This document shows, one piece after another, positions 28,392 through 39,698 of a stretch of DNA of 64,000 nucleotides. The stretch's first letter is position 1; each line of letters begins with the position of its first letter. Both the position numbers and the translations under genes were made by a program. Source of the DNA: an uncultured virus (IMG/VR IMGVR_UViG_3300043411_001904) (lineage: Duplodnaviria; Heunggongvirae; Uroviricota; Caudoviricetes). The stretch lies in IMG/VR virus record IMGVR_UViG_3300043411_001904. One strand, 5' to 3'. Under the pieces are notes generated by a model that was given only the letters and a program-made list of their open reading frames with translations, searched no databases and was not told the origin of the DNA.

Positions 28392-28571
28392 ATGAAAGAT
28401 AAAATTCTAAATTTCCGAATACCAGAAAAATTCTTGAATGAATACAAAGATTTTTGTGAAAAAAATTCATTTATAATGTCCAAAAGAATTAGAAAGCTGA
28501 TGGAATCCGATCTCGAAAGATGGAAAAAGTTTGTTCGTGATAAAGAGAATAATCAAGAAATGAATCCTTAA
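28392..28571 (+). CDS. Small ribbon-helix-helix-like protein (59 aa, not in ORF track)
   Basis: MKDKILNFRIPEKFLNEYKDFCEKNSFIMSKRIRKLMESDL. Confidence 0.6.
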   Translation: MKDKILNFRIPEKFLNEYKDFCEKNSFIMSKRIRKLMESDLERWKKFVRDKENNQEMNP

Positions 28572-29029
28572 AGGATATCCAATACTTCCAATTTCATTGT
28601 TCCAGTAGGAATAGAAACATCAACTAAATCTCCTCTCTTTTTACCAATAAGAGCAGATCCAATTGGTGAATTAAAAGATATTTTTCCATTTTTAGTGTCA
28701 ACTTCATTTTCTGAAACCAAAGTCCATACTTGCTCAACACCAATCTTATGGTTCATGATCCGTATTGTCGATACCATACCAACTCTATCCGTATTACCAT
28801 CTGGATGAACTATCTCAGCAGTTCTTATCATTTCTGACATTCTTGATATCTTTTTGGCTAAATTTTCTTGAAATTCTTTAGCTGCTTCGTATTCAGCATT
28901 TTCTGATAAATCTCCTTTATCTCTAGCCTCTGATAGCATCTCAGAAGCCTTTCTCTGTTCCTGAGTTGTCAATAGATTTAATTCTTCAACCAATTTATCA
29001 TATCCAGATCGAGTCATATAATTTTTCAT
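28568..29029 (-). CDS. greA: Transcription elongation factor GreA
   Basis: ARDKGDLSENAEYEAAKE; ISFNSPIGSALIGK. Confidence 0.95.
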   Translation of the reverse strand: MKNYMTRSGYDKLVEELNLLTTQEQRKASEMLSEARDKGDLSENAEYEAAKEFQENLAKKISRMSEMIRTAEIVHPDGNTDRVGMVSTIRIMNHKIGVEQVWTLVSENEVDTKNGKISFNSPIGSALIGKKRGDLVDVSIPTGTMKLEVLDIL

Positions 29030-29074
29030 CTTATTCTTATTTTATCGATATTATACAATTATTTGCATATAAGT

Positions 29075-30865
29075 TTAACTCAAGATATCACTAACAAGAT
29101 CATCTTTACGGAATGTTGATGATTCAATCATCTTCTCCACTTCCGAATTGCAAGTAAAATAGTACACATTAACAGTGGATGATTTCTGTAGATTCCTAAC
29201 CAATCTACCATTTCTTTGCTTTATTTTAGCTGGGTTCCACATCTTTTCAATATGGATAATATTGTTCGCAGCGAACTGAAGACCATCAATACCCAGACCA
29301 CCCGAATCCGTACTTAGAAACACACTCACATTTGGATCGTTTATGAATTTTTTCAATTCCATGTCTCTCCTTTTAGCAGGAATGTCCCCATTAAAAATGG
29401 AGTATAGTATATTTGATTTTATAAGAAAATCAAACAAAAGCTTTGAGGACTTGATCCACTCTGAATATATTACAACCTTCTCTCCTTTAGAAACAATATC
29501 ATTAATTGTTTTCTCAATTGTCGAAAATCTATTTGACTTTTGATTATCAGGATTAATTAATCTCGAATCCGTAGAGGCAATTCTAGCCATCGTAAGAAGA
29601 GAATTAAGCTTAGCCTTCTCCCCAAATGTCAAAGAATAATTGAATGATTTAGCAATTAATGGCATTGCGGCATCTAAATATTTATTGTGAAGTGCTTTAC
29701 TGTCAGGATCTAAAGTGCAAGAGATTTCAAATTCCTTCATCTTAGGAAGCTTAATCGCATCGGCAGATACTTTAGGATTTATCATATATCGATATATCCT
29801 CTCACGGAAATCAGAAACTTTACTCTTCTTGATGCCAAGAACCTTAGCCTTAGTAAAATCACAATATTCTTCCCAAAATTTCCACTGCGGACTAAACTCA
29901 TAAGGATTTAAAAATGATATGATAGATAATATATCGTTAATGGAATTTTGTATTGGAGTACCACTTAAAGCAAATATAAAATCTGTCTTAATTTTTGACA
30001 TACTCTTCCAAGATACTGAATCAGGATTTTTAATTTTCTGAATCTCATCAGCGATTAGAATATCATAATCATGAGAAAAGAAATTTAAATTTCTATTAAG
30101 CATTTCATAGCTTAGAATCAAGAATTTCTGTGACTCGTATTTATCCAAATCAATTCCCTTATCAATAACTAAAGATTCCCCTAAATTAAAACGATCAATT
30201 TCTGATTTCCATTGATATTTAAGGTTATTGGGACACACAATGATTATCCTATTCTTGGATAAAATATGACAAGCGGTCAAGGCACATATAGTTTTACCTA
30301 GGCCCATCTTAAGAGCAAGAACACTACGTCTAGATTGAATCATCCTCTTAACTGAGAGACTTTGATAATCGTATAGGTCAACTCCATAATCATGAAATGG
30401 ATTCCAATCTTGGATACTAGAAATGTCAAATTCGGGGATAGACGATCTCATTTTCCAATCCTCAAACAATCTAACAGATGGAAGAACAATCGAATCCTTT
30501 TTAGATTGACTAACAATATCACCTGATGGGAAATTAATATAGTCAACTTTACGTTTACTGGACATCTTGAAAGCATTCAAAGCATCAAACCTAGGAATAA
30601 GATTAACAGCCTCAATATGCATACAAGTACCAGATTCATTTTTTACAAAATGGTCACAAGTGCAGTTAAATATTCTTCCATTGTGAAAGACATATTCTGT
30701 TTCATCATCTGAATTCTCAACAATAAAAAAGGGATCAGAAAATTCAATATCCCAATTTCTTATGCGGGCATCATATTTTGATCTTGAGACTTGATATCCT
30801 CTCGAAAAGATAGAAGAGTACCAACCAATCTTTGAATGTGTATCCCCTCTTAATTTAAATTTCAT
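29075..30865 (-). CDS. SNF2-family helicase with N-terminal SWIM zinc finger
   Basis: CTC...CMH; MGLGKT; DEIQ; LSGTPIQN; GGLGIDGLQ; WNPA...QRNGR. Confidence 0.88.
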   Translation of the reverse strand: MKFKLRGDTHSKIGWYSSIFSRGYQVSRSKYDARIRNWDIEFSDPFFIVENSDDETEYVFHNGRIFNCTCDHFVKNESGTCMHIEAVNLIPRFDALNAFKMSSKRKVDYINFPSGDIVSQSKKDSIVLPSVRLFEDWKMRSSIPEFDISSIQDWNPFHDYGVDLYDYQSLSVKRMIQSRRSVLALKMGLGKTICALTACHILSKNRIIIVCPNNLKYQWKSEIDRFNLGESLVIDKGIDLDKYESQKFLILSYEMLNRNLNFFSHDYDILIADEIQKIKNPDSVSWKSMSKIKTDFIFALSGTPIQNSINDILSIISFLNPYEFSPQWKFWEEYCDFTKAKVLGIKKSKVSDFRERIYRYMINPKVSADAIKLPKMKEFEISCTLDPDSKALHNKYLDAAMPLIAKSFNYSLTFGEKAKLNSLLTMARIASTDSRLINPDNQKSNRFSTIEKTINDIVSKGEKVVIYSEWIKSSKLLFDFLIKSNILYSIFNGDIPAKRRDMELKKFINDPNVSVFLSTDSGGLGIDGLQFAANNIIHIEKMWNPAKIKQRNGRLVRNLQKSSTVNVYYFTCNSEVEKMIESSTFRKDDLVSDILS

Positions 30866-31269
30866 ACTTTATGTATTCTAACTTTTAGATTATATTTATA
30901 TGCTAGATCTATCATATGTTTAGTCCCTCGACTTTTATGATCCCAAAAAGCAATTAGTCCACCACTTGGGACCTTATCATCTAGAATATAGTCTAGCTTT
31001 TGATCCCGATCAGCATACCCAGAAGCATATTTAGCCATTTCCTCATTTCTAATGTATCCAGCTCTCTTACCATATAAGTCCCAATTAGGAAGAAATGGTT
31101 TAATATCATATCCCCTCTCAATCGCATATCTTTCACCAAGAGAATCAGCTCCCTTAGCACCACCACTTACAATTTGAATTCCAACTCTTAATTGAAGAAT
31201 TTTATCACAATAATTCTTCAAAATATCATAGTCATTGAATCCACGACTACCCGCAATTATCACTCTCAT
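30862..31269 (-). CDS. DUF2493/YspA-like SLOG protein
   Basis: VIIAGSR.F.DY; VSGGAKGAD; AGYIRN..M; FWD..SRGT..MI. Confidence 0.85.
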   Translation of the reverse strand: MRVIIAGSRGFNDYDILKNYCDKILQLRVGIQIVSGGAKGADSLGERYAIERGYDIKPFLPNWDLYGKRAGYIRNEEMAKYASGYADRDQKLDYILDDKVPSGGLIAFWDHKSRGTKHMIDLAYKYNLKVRIHKV

Positions 31270-31741
31270 CCGTCAATAAAATTAGATTTATTTCTCTATT
31301 ATTTTCTTTCATGAATCTATCAAATTGATAAGTGAGATCCGGATGCAAACTGCAAGGAGACAAAGGACCAAAATCACACATACTCAATGCAAAATTTCCA
31401 ATTCTCTTTTTGAATGTGTCAATTACAAACTCTGGAGAAAGTTGGTACAACGAAACAGAATTCAGATCATCAATAAAAGAAACTATGTTAGGAACATAAT
31501 CATGGATATACATTATGTCAATTTGATTAAATCTCCAAACGTTATACCACTTCAATACATTATCAGAATGATCATCCAATTTAATAGATGGAACAACCCC
31601 AACTAACCTATTCCACTTCTCAACTATGTAGCTAGGAGAGTGAGTACAGAGTTCATTTCCAGAAGATTCCCTACACATAAGAGTAGCAAACCTCATTAAA
31701 TTGGAAAATTGATTCCTCGTCATTCATCAAATATAATGAAA

Positions 31742-32605
31742 TTATTTTAATTGGAACTCCAATCTCGGATCATCCCAAATAGCCAATTTTCCATTAGATC
31801 GAAAAATAAAATCTCTAATATCCAATGGTTCTCTTGTAATATATTCCTTCAATTTAATAAAAAACAAAGTACCATCAAGATTAACTAATTCCTTATCAAT
31901 TACCTGCCCATCGAAACCATAAATTGTATCAAGTCTGAAATCATCAATTCTTTGAACAGAAAAAATCTTTGTTCGAAACTTAGACTCATCCACAAGAACA
32001 TTTCCAATATCCTCAAACTCACTAAAACTAAAAATAACTTCATCAACTCTAACACATTCCAAAGTTAAATCAGTTTCATATTTACGAACTACGTCCTGAA
32101 TCATATTTCTCTGAACCTTTGATATTCTTTTAGGATCAATATTACCAAAAATAAATTGCCTAAGATACTTAGAATATTTAAAAATATCCGGAAACTCAAA
32201 TTGGTCCAAAAGATCATTATAGGAATTTCCAAGTTCGTTAACATGGACCGGATCATATCTTTTCAACGCAGACCAATTAGCACTCCGCATATCAATAGAA
32301 ATATATTTCCGGTCATCTTCGTACTTAAAAGATTTGGAACTAGGATAATCAACTAGAGTCTTATCCAAGCAAAGCTCAATCCAAGCATTTGAATCTTTGA
32401 TAAAATCAATAACCTCTTTGGATTTCTCAATTCTAAAATCATATAGATTGCCAATTTTTTCCTCAGCCTCCTCATAGAGAGGAATTAAATTCTTAATGTT
32501 TCTAAATTTTACAGATTTAGATAGTTGATCAATATAATAATCAAAATGATCAATTGTTGGAACATTAAGGTCGAAAAGTTTCACAAATCCCTTTTTATCA
32601 ATCAT
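31742..32605 (-). CDS. Conserved-looking hypothetical protein (large DNA virus type)
   Basis: ISIDMRSANW; SKYLRQFIFG; DE motif. Confidence 0.5.
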   Translation of the reverse strand: MIDKKGFVKLFDLNVPTIDHFDYYIDQLSKSVKFRNIKNLIPLYEEAEEKIGNLYDFRIEKSKEVIDFIKDSNAWIELCLDKTLVDYPSSKSFKYEDDRKYISIDMRSANWSALKRYDPVHVNELGNSYNDLLDQFEFPDIFKYSKYLRQFIFGNIDPKRISKVQRNMIQDVVRKYETDLTLECVRVDEVIFSFSEFEDIGNVLVDESKFRTKIFSVQRIDDFRLDTIYGFDGQVIDKELVNLDGTLFFIKLKEYITREPLDIRDFIFRSNGKLAIWDDPRLEFQLK

Positions 32606-33356
32606 TTTAAAGTATCATATTCAATTTTAAATTTCTCTTCTCTTCTAATGATAATTTTTCTGATATTCTTGTGATACATTTTTTTATCCATTTTGGATCA
32701 AAAAAGGACATACCATAAGCTTCCTGCTTATTATCACTAAAATATGAAATTGAAATCATCAAATTAGGCTTCAATGCCAATCTGATGCCTTCATTAAAAA
32801 ATACAACTTCCTTAGTAGGATCCAAAATAGGCTTTTTTTCAAATAGTCCTATTTTCTCGGTTATAAAAGTATAAGCTTTATGATAACGCAGAGATTGATT
32901 GGTCGTCTTAGTAACCGTATCATAATAAGTCCATCTAGACACATGATCACCAAAATCCTCTTGTGAACCAATAAATAATCCATCAAGAATTGAATCTATC
33001 ATCACTTCTCTTTCTTCCAAGTCAGATCTATTATCAAAAGAGTCCATCTTATCAAAGATGAACATAATTTCTCCACATTCAATAGAAATTTTCTCACAGG
33101 ATTCAATAAGACCAGCATCTATTTCCTTAGATAATCCGTTAGATAGGACTCTTGTATCCATTTTCATGATTAAATCGTTTATCAATAACATTTTTTAATA
33201 ACTGACAGGATTCATAATCTTCTTTATCTTTAAAATAAGTAATCATTACATCTAAAAATTCTCTAGTATATGGGTGATAATTTTCATCAAAATAAAACCC
33301 ATCTTTAATTCGATTAATACTAGAAATCATAAGATTATCATAAGACTTGATACCCA

Positions 33357-33935
33357 TTACTTTCTATTCTTTAAGTACTCTTTCTCATCTGTAGAAAGGT
33401 TATCAAATCCAACCTCATTGATCCTGTCCAATATATCATCCAGTATAAAAATTTTTTGTGTATTATTATGAGGACTATAGATATTACTATCTTGTTGATA
33501 TGAAAGATTCTTAGTAATTCTCATATATGTGTTTCTGTCAATTATAGAGCCATTCATATTAATAACATCAGATATATTATTTTTCCATCTTGAAAGAATC
33601 TCCGCAACTATACTCCTAATAACATCATCATCAGAATTATCCGACGTTCGGACACATTCAGGACCTCTAAAGATAGCAATATCACTTCGATCCATAACTA
33701 AAAATATGGACAATTTATCACCAGACAAATCAATAGATATTTCTACATTATTATTAATTCTACCAATAAACCGACCATTCGCTTTAATAGAATGTAATAC
33801 AGATCTAAAAAAATCAGAATTCTGATTAAAAATTTTAACATCATTCAATTTCATGAGATATCTTATTAGAAGTATACCAAATGCAGCTCCCATCAAAAAT
33901 CCAAAAAATAAAGCTATTAATATTTCAAGAACCAT
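33357..33935 (-). CDS. Membrane-anchored protein with C-terminal DUF6576-like motif
   Basis: N-terminal TM; LDDILDRINEVGFDNLSTDEKEYL. Confidence 0.55.
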   Translation of the reverse strand: MVLEILIALFFGFLMGAAFGILLIRYLMKLNDVKIFNQNSDFFRSVLHSIKANGRFIGRINNNVEISIDLSGDKLSIFLVMDRSDIAIFRGPECVRTSDNSDDDVIRSIVAEILSRWKNNISDVINMNGSIIDRNTYMRITKNLSYQQDSNIYSPHNNTQKIFILDDILDRINEVGFDNLSTDEKEYLKNRK

Positions 33936-35058
33936 ATATATTTTTTCTAATTTTAATTAGAATATTATTTACCTCATATATATCAATTTTTTCAGGCAAA
34001 GTTGATTTCCTGAATAATTCATCACATTCTCGAATATCTGATTCAGTATTATCAATCAATGTTTGCAAATCAACTTCACCCTTTCTTATACTTATTAACC
34101 TCTTAAAATCGGGCCTTCTTACTATAACACCCTTACCCGAAGCTATTTCCTTAGACATCAATGTTAGTCGAACAAAATGAAGCACATGCTTTCCATCAAT
34201 TTTTTGACCATGTGATTGAACATCGACCCACCTCTGATCATTTCTCTCACTTATCCAAGTTTGATAGGATTTATAATCTTGACAATGTTTTGTATACCCA
34301 TCTTTATTATAAGATATATATCCAATGAAATTTTTTGATGGTAGATCATCAGGAATAGAACTTAACCTAACATCATTTGACTCTTCAAATGAAATTCCTC
34401 GAAATCCCAACTCTGATTCTCCCGTCTCACTACCTATCCAATCATAATAAAGTGCATAAATATCCTTACCATGTGGAACTTTAGACAATCCACAATATTT
34501 ATGCTGAATTCTTAATGATGTGAAGAACTCGGTCAATGGAACAGTTTTAACTCCCTTATAATTATGCCTCAACTCATCTACCAACAAATAGCAAAAGTCT
34601 ACAGGCTGCTTTCTAACAACTCTGGACTTTTCCCAATTTTGCTTTTTATTTTGTCCCTTAGCCTTAGAAATTTGCTCACGAGCGTATCCACCAAAAGAAT
34701 ACATACACCCCTTAGTAATAAAAATATCTCTCTTTCTAATAATTTCATCAAATATTGGATGCTTATAGAGAATACAATCATCGGGAGTATGTAACAATTC
34801 CAACATGGTTGGATTATTTTTCATCAATAGTTCCAAAAATCTTCTGACTTCATAAATTACAATATCATTACTATCATCATTTATTTGCTCAATATAAGAC
34901 ATCCCCAAAATATCACTCTCTCTTTGACAAAAGACTCCACCATAATCAGTATCAGAAGATTCAATGTTAGTACCATAGGCATGTGAACCCCTAATTACCA
35001 AAAAAAGAGGAATTGAACCGGGAGATTTAGATTCAATTAGATTTAGAAGTTTTTCCAT
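33925..35058 (-). CDS. Pol-beta superfamily nucleotidyltransferase (RlaP/YcgL-like, RNA repair associated)
   Basis: GSHAYGTN..SDTDY.GVF; K.NPT.LELL; DGKH..H.VRL; L..IRKGE. Confidence 0.85.
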   Translation of the reverse strand: MEKLLNLIESKSPGSIPLFLVIRGSHAYGTNIESSDTDYGGVFCQRESDILGMSYIEQINDDSNDIVIYEVRRFLELLMKNNPTMLELLHTPDDCILYKHPIFDEIIRKRDIFITKGCMYSFGGYAREQISKAKGQNKKQNWEKSRVVRKQPVDFCYLLVDELRHNYKGVKTVPLTEFFTSLRIQHKYCGLSKVPHGKDIYALYYDWIGSETGESELGFRGISFEESNDVRLSSIPDDLPSKNFIGYISYNKDGYTKHCQDYKSYQTWISERNDQRWVDVQSHGQKIDGKHVLHFVRLTLMSKEIASGKGVIVRRPDFKRLISIRKGEVDLQTLIDNTESDIRECDELFRKSTLPEKIDIYEVNNILIKIRKNIYGS

Positions 35059-36455
35059 ATGTTTTAAAGATGAAATAAAATGACAAAATCTCCATACCAA
35101 AATGGAAACTAGATAGGAAGTTAATTAAGATCGAAAAAATTTTACTCACCAACACAAAACCAAAAAGTAATAAAATTAAAGAAATCACCGTAAAAGCAAT
35201 CCAAGAAATTAGCATAATTTTCTTAGTCCTAAGCGAAGAGTCCGAAGAAGTATATCTAATACAAAAACTCTTCACCATATCCAAAATTGGAATTTTATTA
35301 CTTAATATAGACCCAAGAGAAATATTTCTATTACAAGAAATACATCTTTTGAGGATAATTTTTTTGGACCCGTACCTATTAAACAAATCCTCATATGATA
35401 GATCAAATCCTTGACCACAAGAAAAACAATCTATTCCCTTAGATAGTCGACTTATCCTTGAATAATGTTCCTTTTTAAGAAACATCATCGCAGTAAATCC
35501 ACACAAGAGAGTAACAAACATCCAGATAGATGATGCGGATTGTATGAGTTGAATATATTCTATAGCTTCAAATATTAAAAATCAAATATAAGAAAAAATC
35601 CTAATAATTAAAATCCTTTATCAAATCCCGAATCACAGCAGCTTCTTCATAATTCTCTTGAATAACATATAAATTCAAAACTTCTTGTAGGACCTTTGAT
35701 CTATCCTCTAATAAGATCATATTGATAAAATCAGCACTGAATTTATAAATTCGATTTGCTTTCACATCTACGCTAATAGGAGATGACCACTCCTCATTAA
35801 TTGTAATATCTCCATCTTCATCTAGGAAGATTTGATACTCGGGTCTCATATCCAATCTTTGGATCAAATTATCAAATGACTCTACAGATATCTTATCTCT
35901 ACCATCCCCATAAAGATCATCTATTAAATCACCTAGGTTCATACATTATATATTGTAGACTCAAAGTCTAATTTTCCTATTTATATATAGTGAATGTATA
36001 TTGATGGATATAAAATATTTGATAGTCGTACATTCAATAGAGATAAAGGTAAAATAGAAGAAAATATTAAAGAGTTAATATCTGAAATATTTAATGATTT
36101 AGAATTAGAATCCAACAAAATTAACATAGAAATTAAATTTGAATCATCCAAAAAACATCTATACTCAAATATATCAATTAAACTAATCAATCCCTTAGAT
36201 CGAAAGGAAAGAATATCTATTTCAAAATTTATAAAAAACTGCATAGACAAATCTATTGAAATTGATAACACTAGTCTAAGAAGCATACTTGTATTTGGAC
36301 AACAAATAAATAAAACATACCACGATCAACAAAAATTTCTATCTAGCATGTCAAGGCTCATAGACACTATTTTGTATAGAAGTAATATCGAACGGATAAG
36401 CATACATCTAACATCCAAAATAGAAACAAAGTGGATGCCTCCTTTTAGAAAGAGA

Positions 36456-37166
36456 TTAAATAGTCAGTCTATTAAATTTTAAGATATGATACAATAAAAT
36501 AGCATCATTTATATCCTCATGAGGCTTCTGTATATCCTTACCAGCTAAAATATCACCACTTATTGATTTCATATACTCAAACCAAGGATGATCAATATCT
36601 TTATTTTCAATAATAGATAAAGCAATATCTTTTTTAGTAAATTTACCACCCGGAATACCCAAATTATTTCTCCACTCATGTGTTATTTTTTTAACCCTCT
36701 TCCCAGATTCTTTAATGATTGGATCATAGGTTAGTTTACAGGATTCTAATTTGAGTGTAGATGGAGACACGATAATTATTTTTTTAGTTATTTGATCATA
36801 GATTTTCTTTCTAAGAATTGTTGAGAATGTAACAAGGTCAATAAGATCTCCAACTGTAGCCCCAAAATTATATCCCTCAGCTCCAAAAACTGTCTCTTGA
36901 TCAGGATTCAAATTCATCTTAATATCATCAATAATCATATCTGTAATTCTATCATAGTCATTTATCTTAGATATTTCTCCCTGTGAATAATTGAAAAATT
37001 CAGTAAAGTTAATAAATTTATATTGACAATATTGATCTGCAGACTTATACCACTTCGACATACCTTTCTTTAAATTAACTTTGGATTCTCGACAATAATT
37101 GAAAATCTTTCCATTCACAACTAAGGCAGTAGATACTAAACTAGGATCGACACTAACTATATTCAT
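36456..37166 (-). CDS. RuvC-like Holliday junction resolvase
   Basis: VSVDPSLVSTA; EGY; SPSTLK; HEDINDA. Confidence 0.7.
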   Translation of the reverse strand: MNIVSVDPSLVSTALVVNGKIFNYCRESKVNLKKGMSKWYKSADQYCQYKFINFTEFFNYSQGEISKINDYDRITDMIIDDIKMNLNPDQETVFGAEGYNFGATVGDLIDLVTFSTILRKKIYDQITKKIIIVSPSTLKLESCKLTYDPIIKESGKRVKKITHEWRNNLGIPGGKFTKKDIALSIIENKDIDHPWFEYMKSISGDILAGKDIQKPHEDINDAILLYHILKFNRLTI

Positions 37167-37680
37167 AAATTATATAGTAAAACAACTCACCCCTAAATCA
37201 ATATACAATTTATGTTCAATCGAAAAAAGAAAATCAAAGAAAGTCTTCCAGAAAATCCAAAGAGTTCTCCTGCATACAATGATGTATTATTTTCAGATTC
37301 AAGTGATGATATAAAAGAAAAACATCGATCTCTAATAAATGGACTATTGAATGTAAGAGATAAAAAGAATCTTGACATAAGAATTGAGAATGATAGTATA
37401 TGGATAATATACGATAAATACACAAATGGACCACAAGTATCTATTTCTCATAACGATGGATCTATTTCTATAAGTGTTCTTAAAAACATAGGATGTGTTA
37501 TATCAATGGGAACAAGATCAACTAGATTTAAAGATGAAGATCTTTATACACAAATATTAAATAATGCGAAAATATCTAGAAAAGAAGTAGATATTCAAAT
37601 CTTCGAAGATTTATATTCAAGTGCAATCTCTAAATTTGAAATATCTCGGGGAATAAATATCGAAAAGATTCTAAATTAAT

Positions 37681-39693
37681 TTATCTTTTCTCGTCAATTT
37701 TAGATACGTAGAAGTCTTTTAATGATTTATAATGCTCTAAAACATATTCAATATCAACTTTCTTTCTATTCTTATCCCTTCCTATGACATATCCTTCCTT
37801 ATTGAATTCACCAATTCCATCATCAATGTATTTTTGAAGAACACCTAGTATTTTAACTTTTTCATCCCTCGTACGTCTAACAGAGTGAGCAACCCAATGC
37901 ATAACCTGATCCAACTCTTTAACATAATTACCCTTCTTCTGGATGAAGTAATCTAAAACATCGAAAAACATATATTCAGCAGCGTGTTTAGTAATGTTAC
38001 ACCTCTTATTTTCTTCAGAAACTCCATTCTTTTCAAGAAGTTTAATAATATCCAATCTTCCTTCTTTAATAGCTAATCTCATAGGCATGTTATTCTCAAA
38101 GTCAGGATCTAGTCCATTCTCTAGACAGAACTCGACAGCCGCATAATCATTAGCGAGTGTCTTAAATGCTATCTTAGTCAAAGCAGCTTGTTTACTTATC
38201 AACAACTTCAGGACTTCAAATGTTTTTACTTTGTTAACAACAGCGTCTCCCTCAGCTTTCAAATTAGGAGAAGCTCCGTGATCCAAGAGAAACTTAATTT
38301 TCTCAACCGCCTCTTTATACTTATCAGGATTAGCTGGATCAGCCTCGATAACAGCATTTTCTAGTGCCTTACCCTGCTGATAGTTTGGATCTGCTCCCTC
38401 ATCAACTATATATTTTCTAATTTGATCAAGTGTCAATCCAGCCTTTGTTACATTTCTATTAGCCTCAATTCTTTTTCTCTTTTTCTCGATGTCTTCATCG
38501 GCCATTGGTTTCATTCCATCCCAGATAAATCCTTTTTGTAATCCTAGACTTTTCTCAAATTCAGCAAATATCCCCATAAATGTTGTTGAAGCACCAGCGT
38601 CATTTTTCAAATGACAAGCTTCAACCTTTTTATTAGGACCTACTGTGATTCCAATAATAGATTTATTGTCAGCAGGAGATAAATTAAAATTCGTAACACA
38701 ATACTGTCGAGTAAATTTTGCATCACCACCAACATAAGCATCCCAGTGATTCTGATATGAAGCAATACACCATGAAGTATTGGAATAGAGATCCTTACAA
38801 GCCTGGAAAGACTTAACCTCAACAATCAAAAGACCACCCTCATCATAAAGCAAATTAGCCCCATATGTACCATATTTCTGATTAACTCTATCAATAGCTT
38901 CATAAAACTTGGAAGAGTCAGCATTCGCCTCAGATTTCAAAAATTCTTCAGCTGATGTGATCAAATCTCTAATAGATTGATATCTACCAATTTTATCAAA
39001 GAATCTTTTTTGAGTTAGTCTCTGCTTTTCCGCATCAATTTTTCCACTAGTATCCTTTCCTAGTTCATCAAAAGCAGCAGCTATATCAACAAGTTTATCT
39101 TTATAGACCTTAGGAGTGTCTTTATAAGAATCTTTTAAAACTTTGGTAAACTCATTAACAAATTTCTTTAACTTCCTCCATCTAGACAAATCCTCCAAAT
39201 CATCAACTATTTGCTCGGTATTGTTTTCAATACTCGGGTCAATATAATTATTAATAGGTCTCCTCATTTTAGAAAGAAGGTCATTATATTCAACCAATCC
39301 ACTAAAAATTCTCCTAAGATCTTCAATAGGCGTCAATTCTTTGACATGTAAATAGGTAAACAGTTGTGCATACCCATCTTTACCACCCAAAAGGTCTCTA
39401 ATTTCTTTGAGCTTTGGATTTTTATCCACAAATTGAACTTCATCAGGAGATAATTTAATATCCTTGATCTTATCCTTAGCCTTATCTTTAATATCTTCTG
39501 GAATTTGACTTGACTTAATTGGATCTCCCTCAGACAATAAAACCAAACCACTCTTATCAGCTTTCAAACTCGAAACCTGAGACACAGCCTTATTAAACAG
39601 ATAGGTATCTTTTATGATCTTTTTAGCACCGGCAATATTTTCATTTATTTTCGATCCCTGTATAAATTTATTATATCCAATTATCATATTCAT
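37681..39693 (-). CDS. Large protein with C-terminal ankyrin repeats
   Basis: GADPN, FLLDHGASPN, LENGLDPD, AIKEGRLDIIKLL; central SWCIA motif. Confidence 0.7.
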   Translation of the reverse strand: MNMIIGYNKFIQGSKINENIAGAKKIIKDTYLFNKAVSQVSSLKADKSGLVLLSEGDPIKSSQIPEDIKDKAKDKIKDIKLSPDEVQFVDKNPKLKEIRDLLGGKDGYAQLFTYLHVKELTPIEDLRRIFSGLVEYNDLLSKMRRPINNYIDPSIENNTEQIVDDLEDLSRWRKLKKFVNEFTKVLKDSYKDTPKVYKDKLVDIAAAFDELGKDTSGKIDAEKQRLTQKRFFDKIGRYQSIRDLITSAEEFLKSEANADSSKFYEAIDRVNQKYGTYGANLLYDEGGLLIVEVKSFQACKDLYSNTSWCIASYQNHWDAYVGGDAKFTRQYCVTNFNLSPADNKSIIGITVGPNKKVEACHLKNDAGASTTFMGIFAEFEKSLGLQKGFIWDGMKPMADEDIEKKRKRIEANRNVTKAGLTLDQIRKYIVDEGADPNYQQGKALENAVIEADPANPDKYKEAVEKIKFLLDHGASPNLKAEGDAVVNKVKTFEVLKLLISKQAALTKIAFKTLANDYAAVEFCLENGLDPDFENNMPMRLAIKEGRLDIIKLLEKNGVSEENKRCNITKHAAEYMFFDVLDYFIQKKGNYVKELDQVMHWVAHSVRRTRDEKVKILGVLQKYIDDGIGEFNKEGYVIGRDKNRKKVDIEYVLEHYKSLKDFYVSKIDEKR

Positions 39694-39698
39694 ATATA

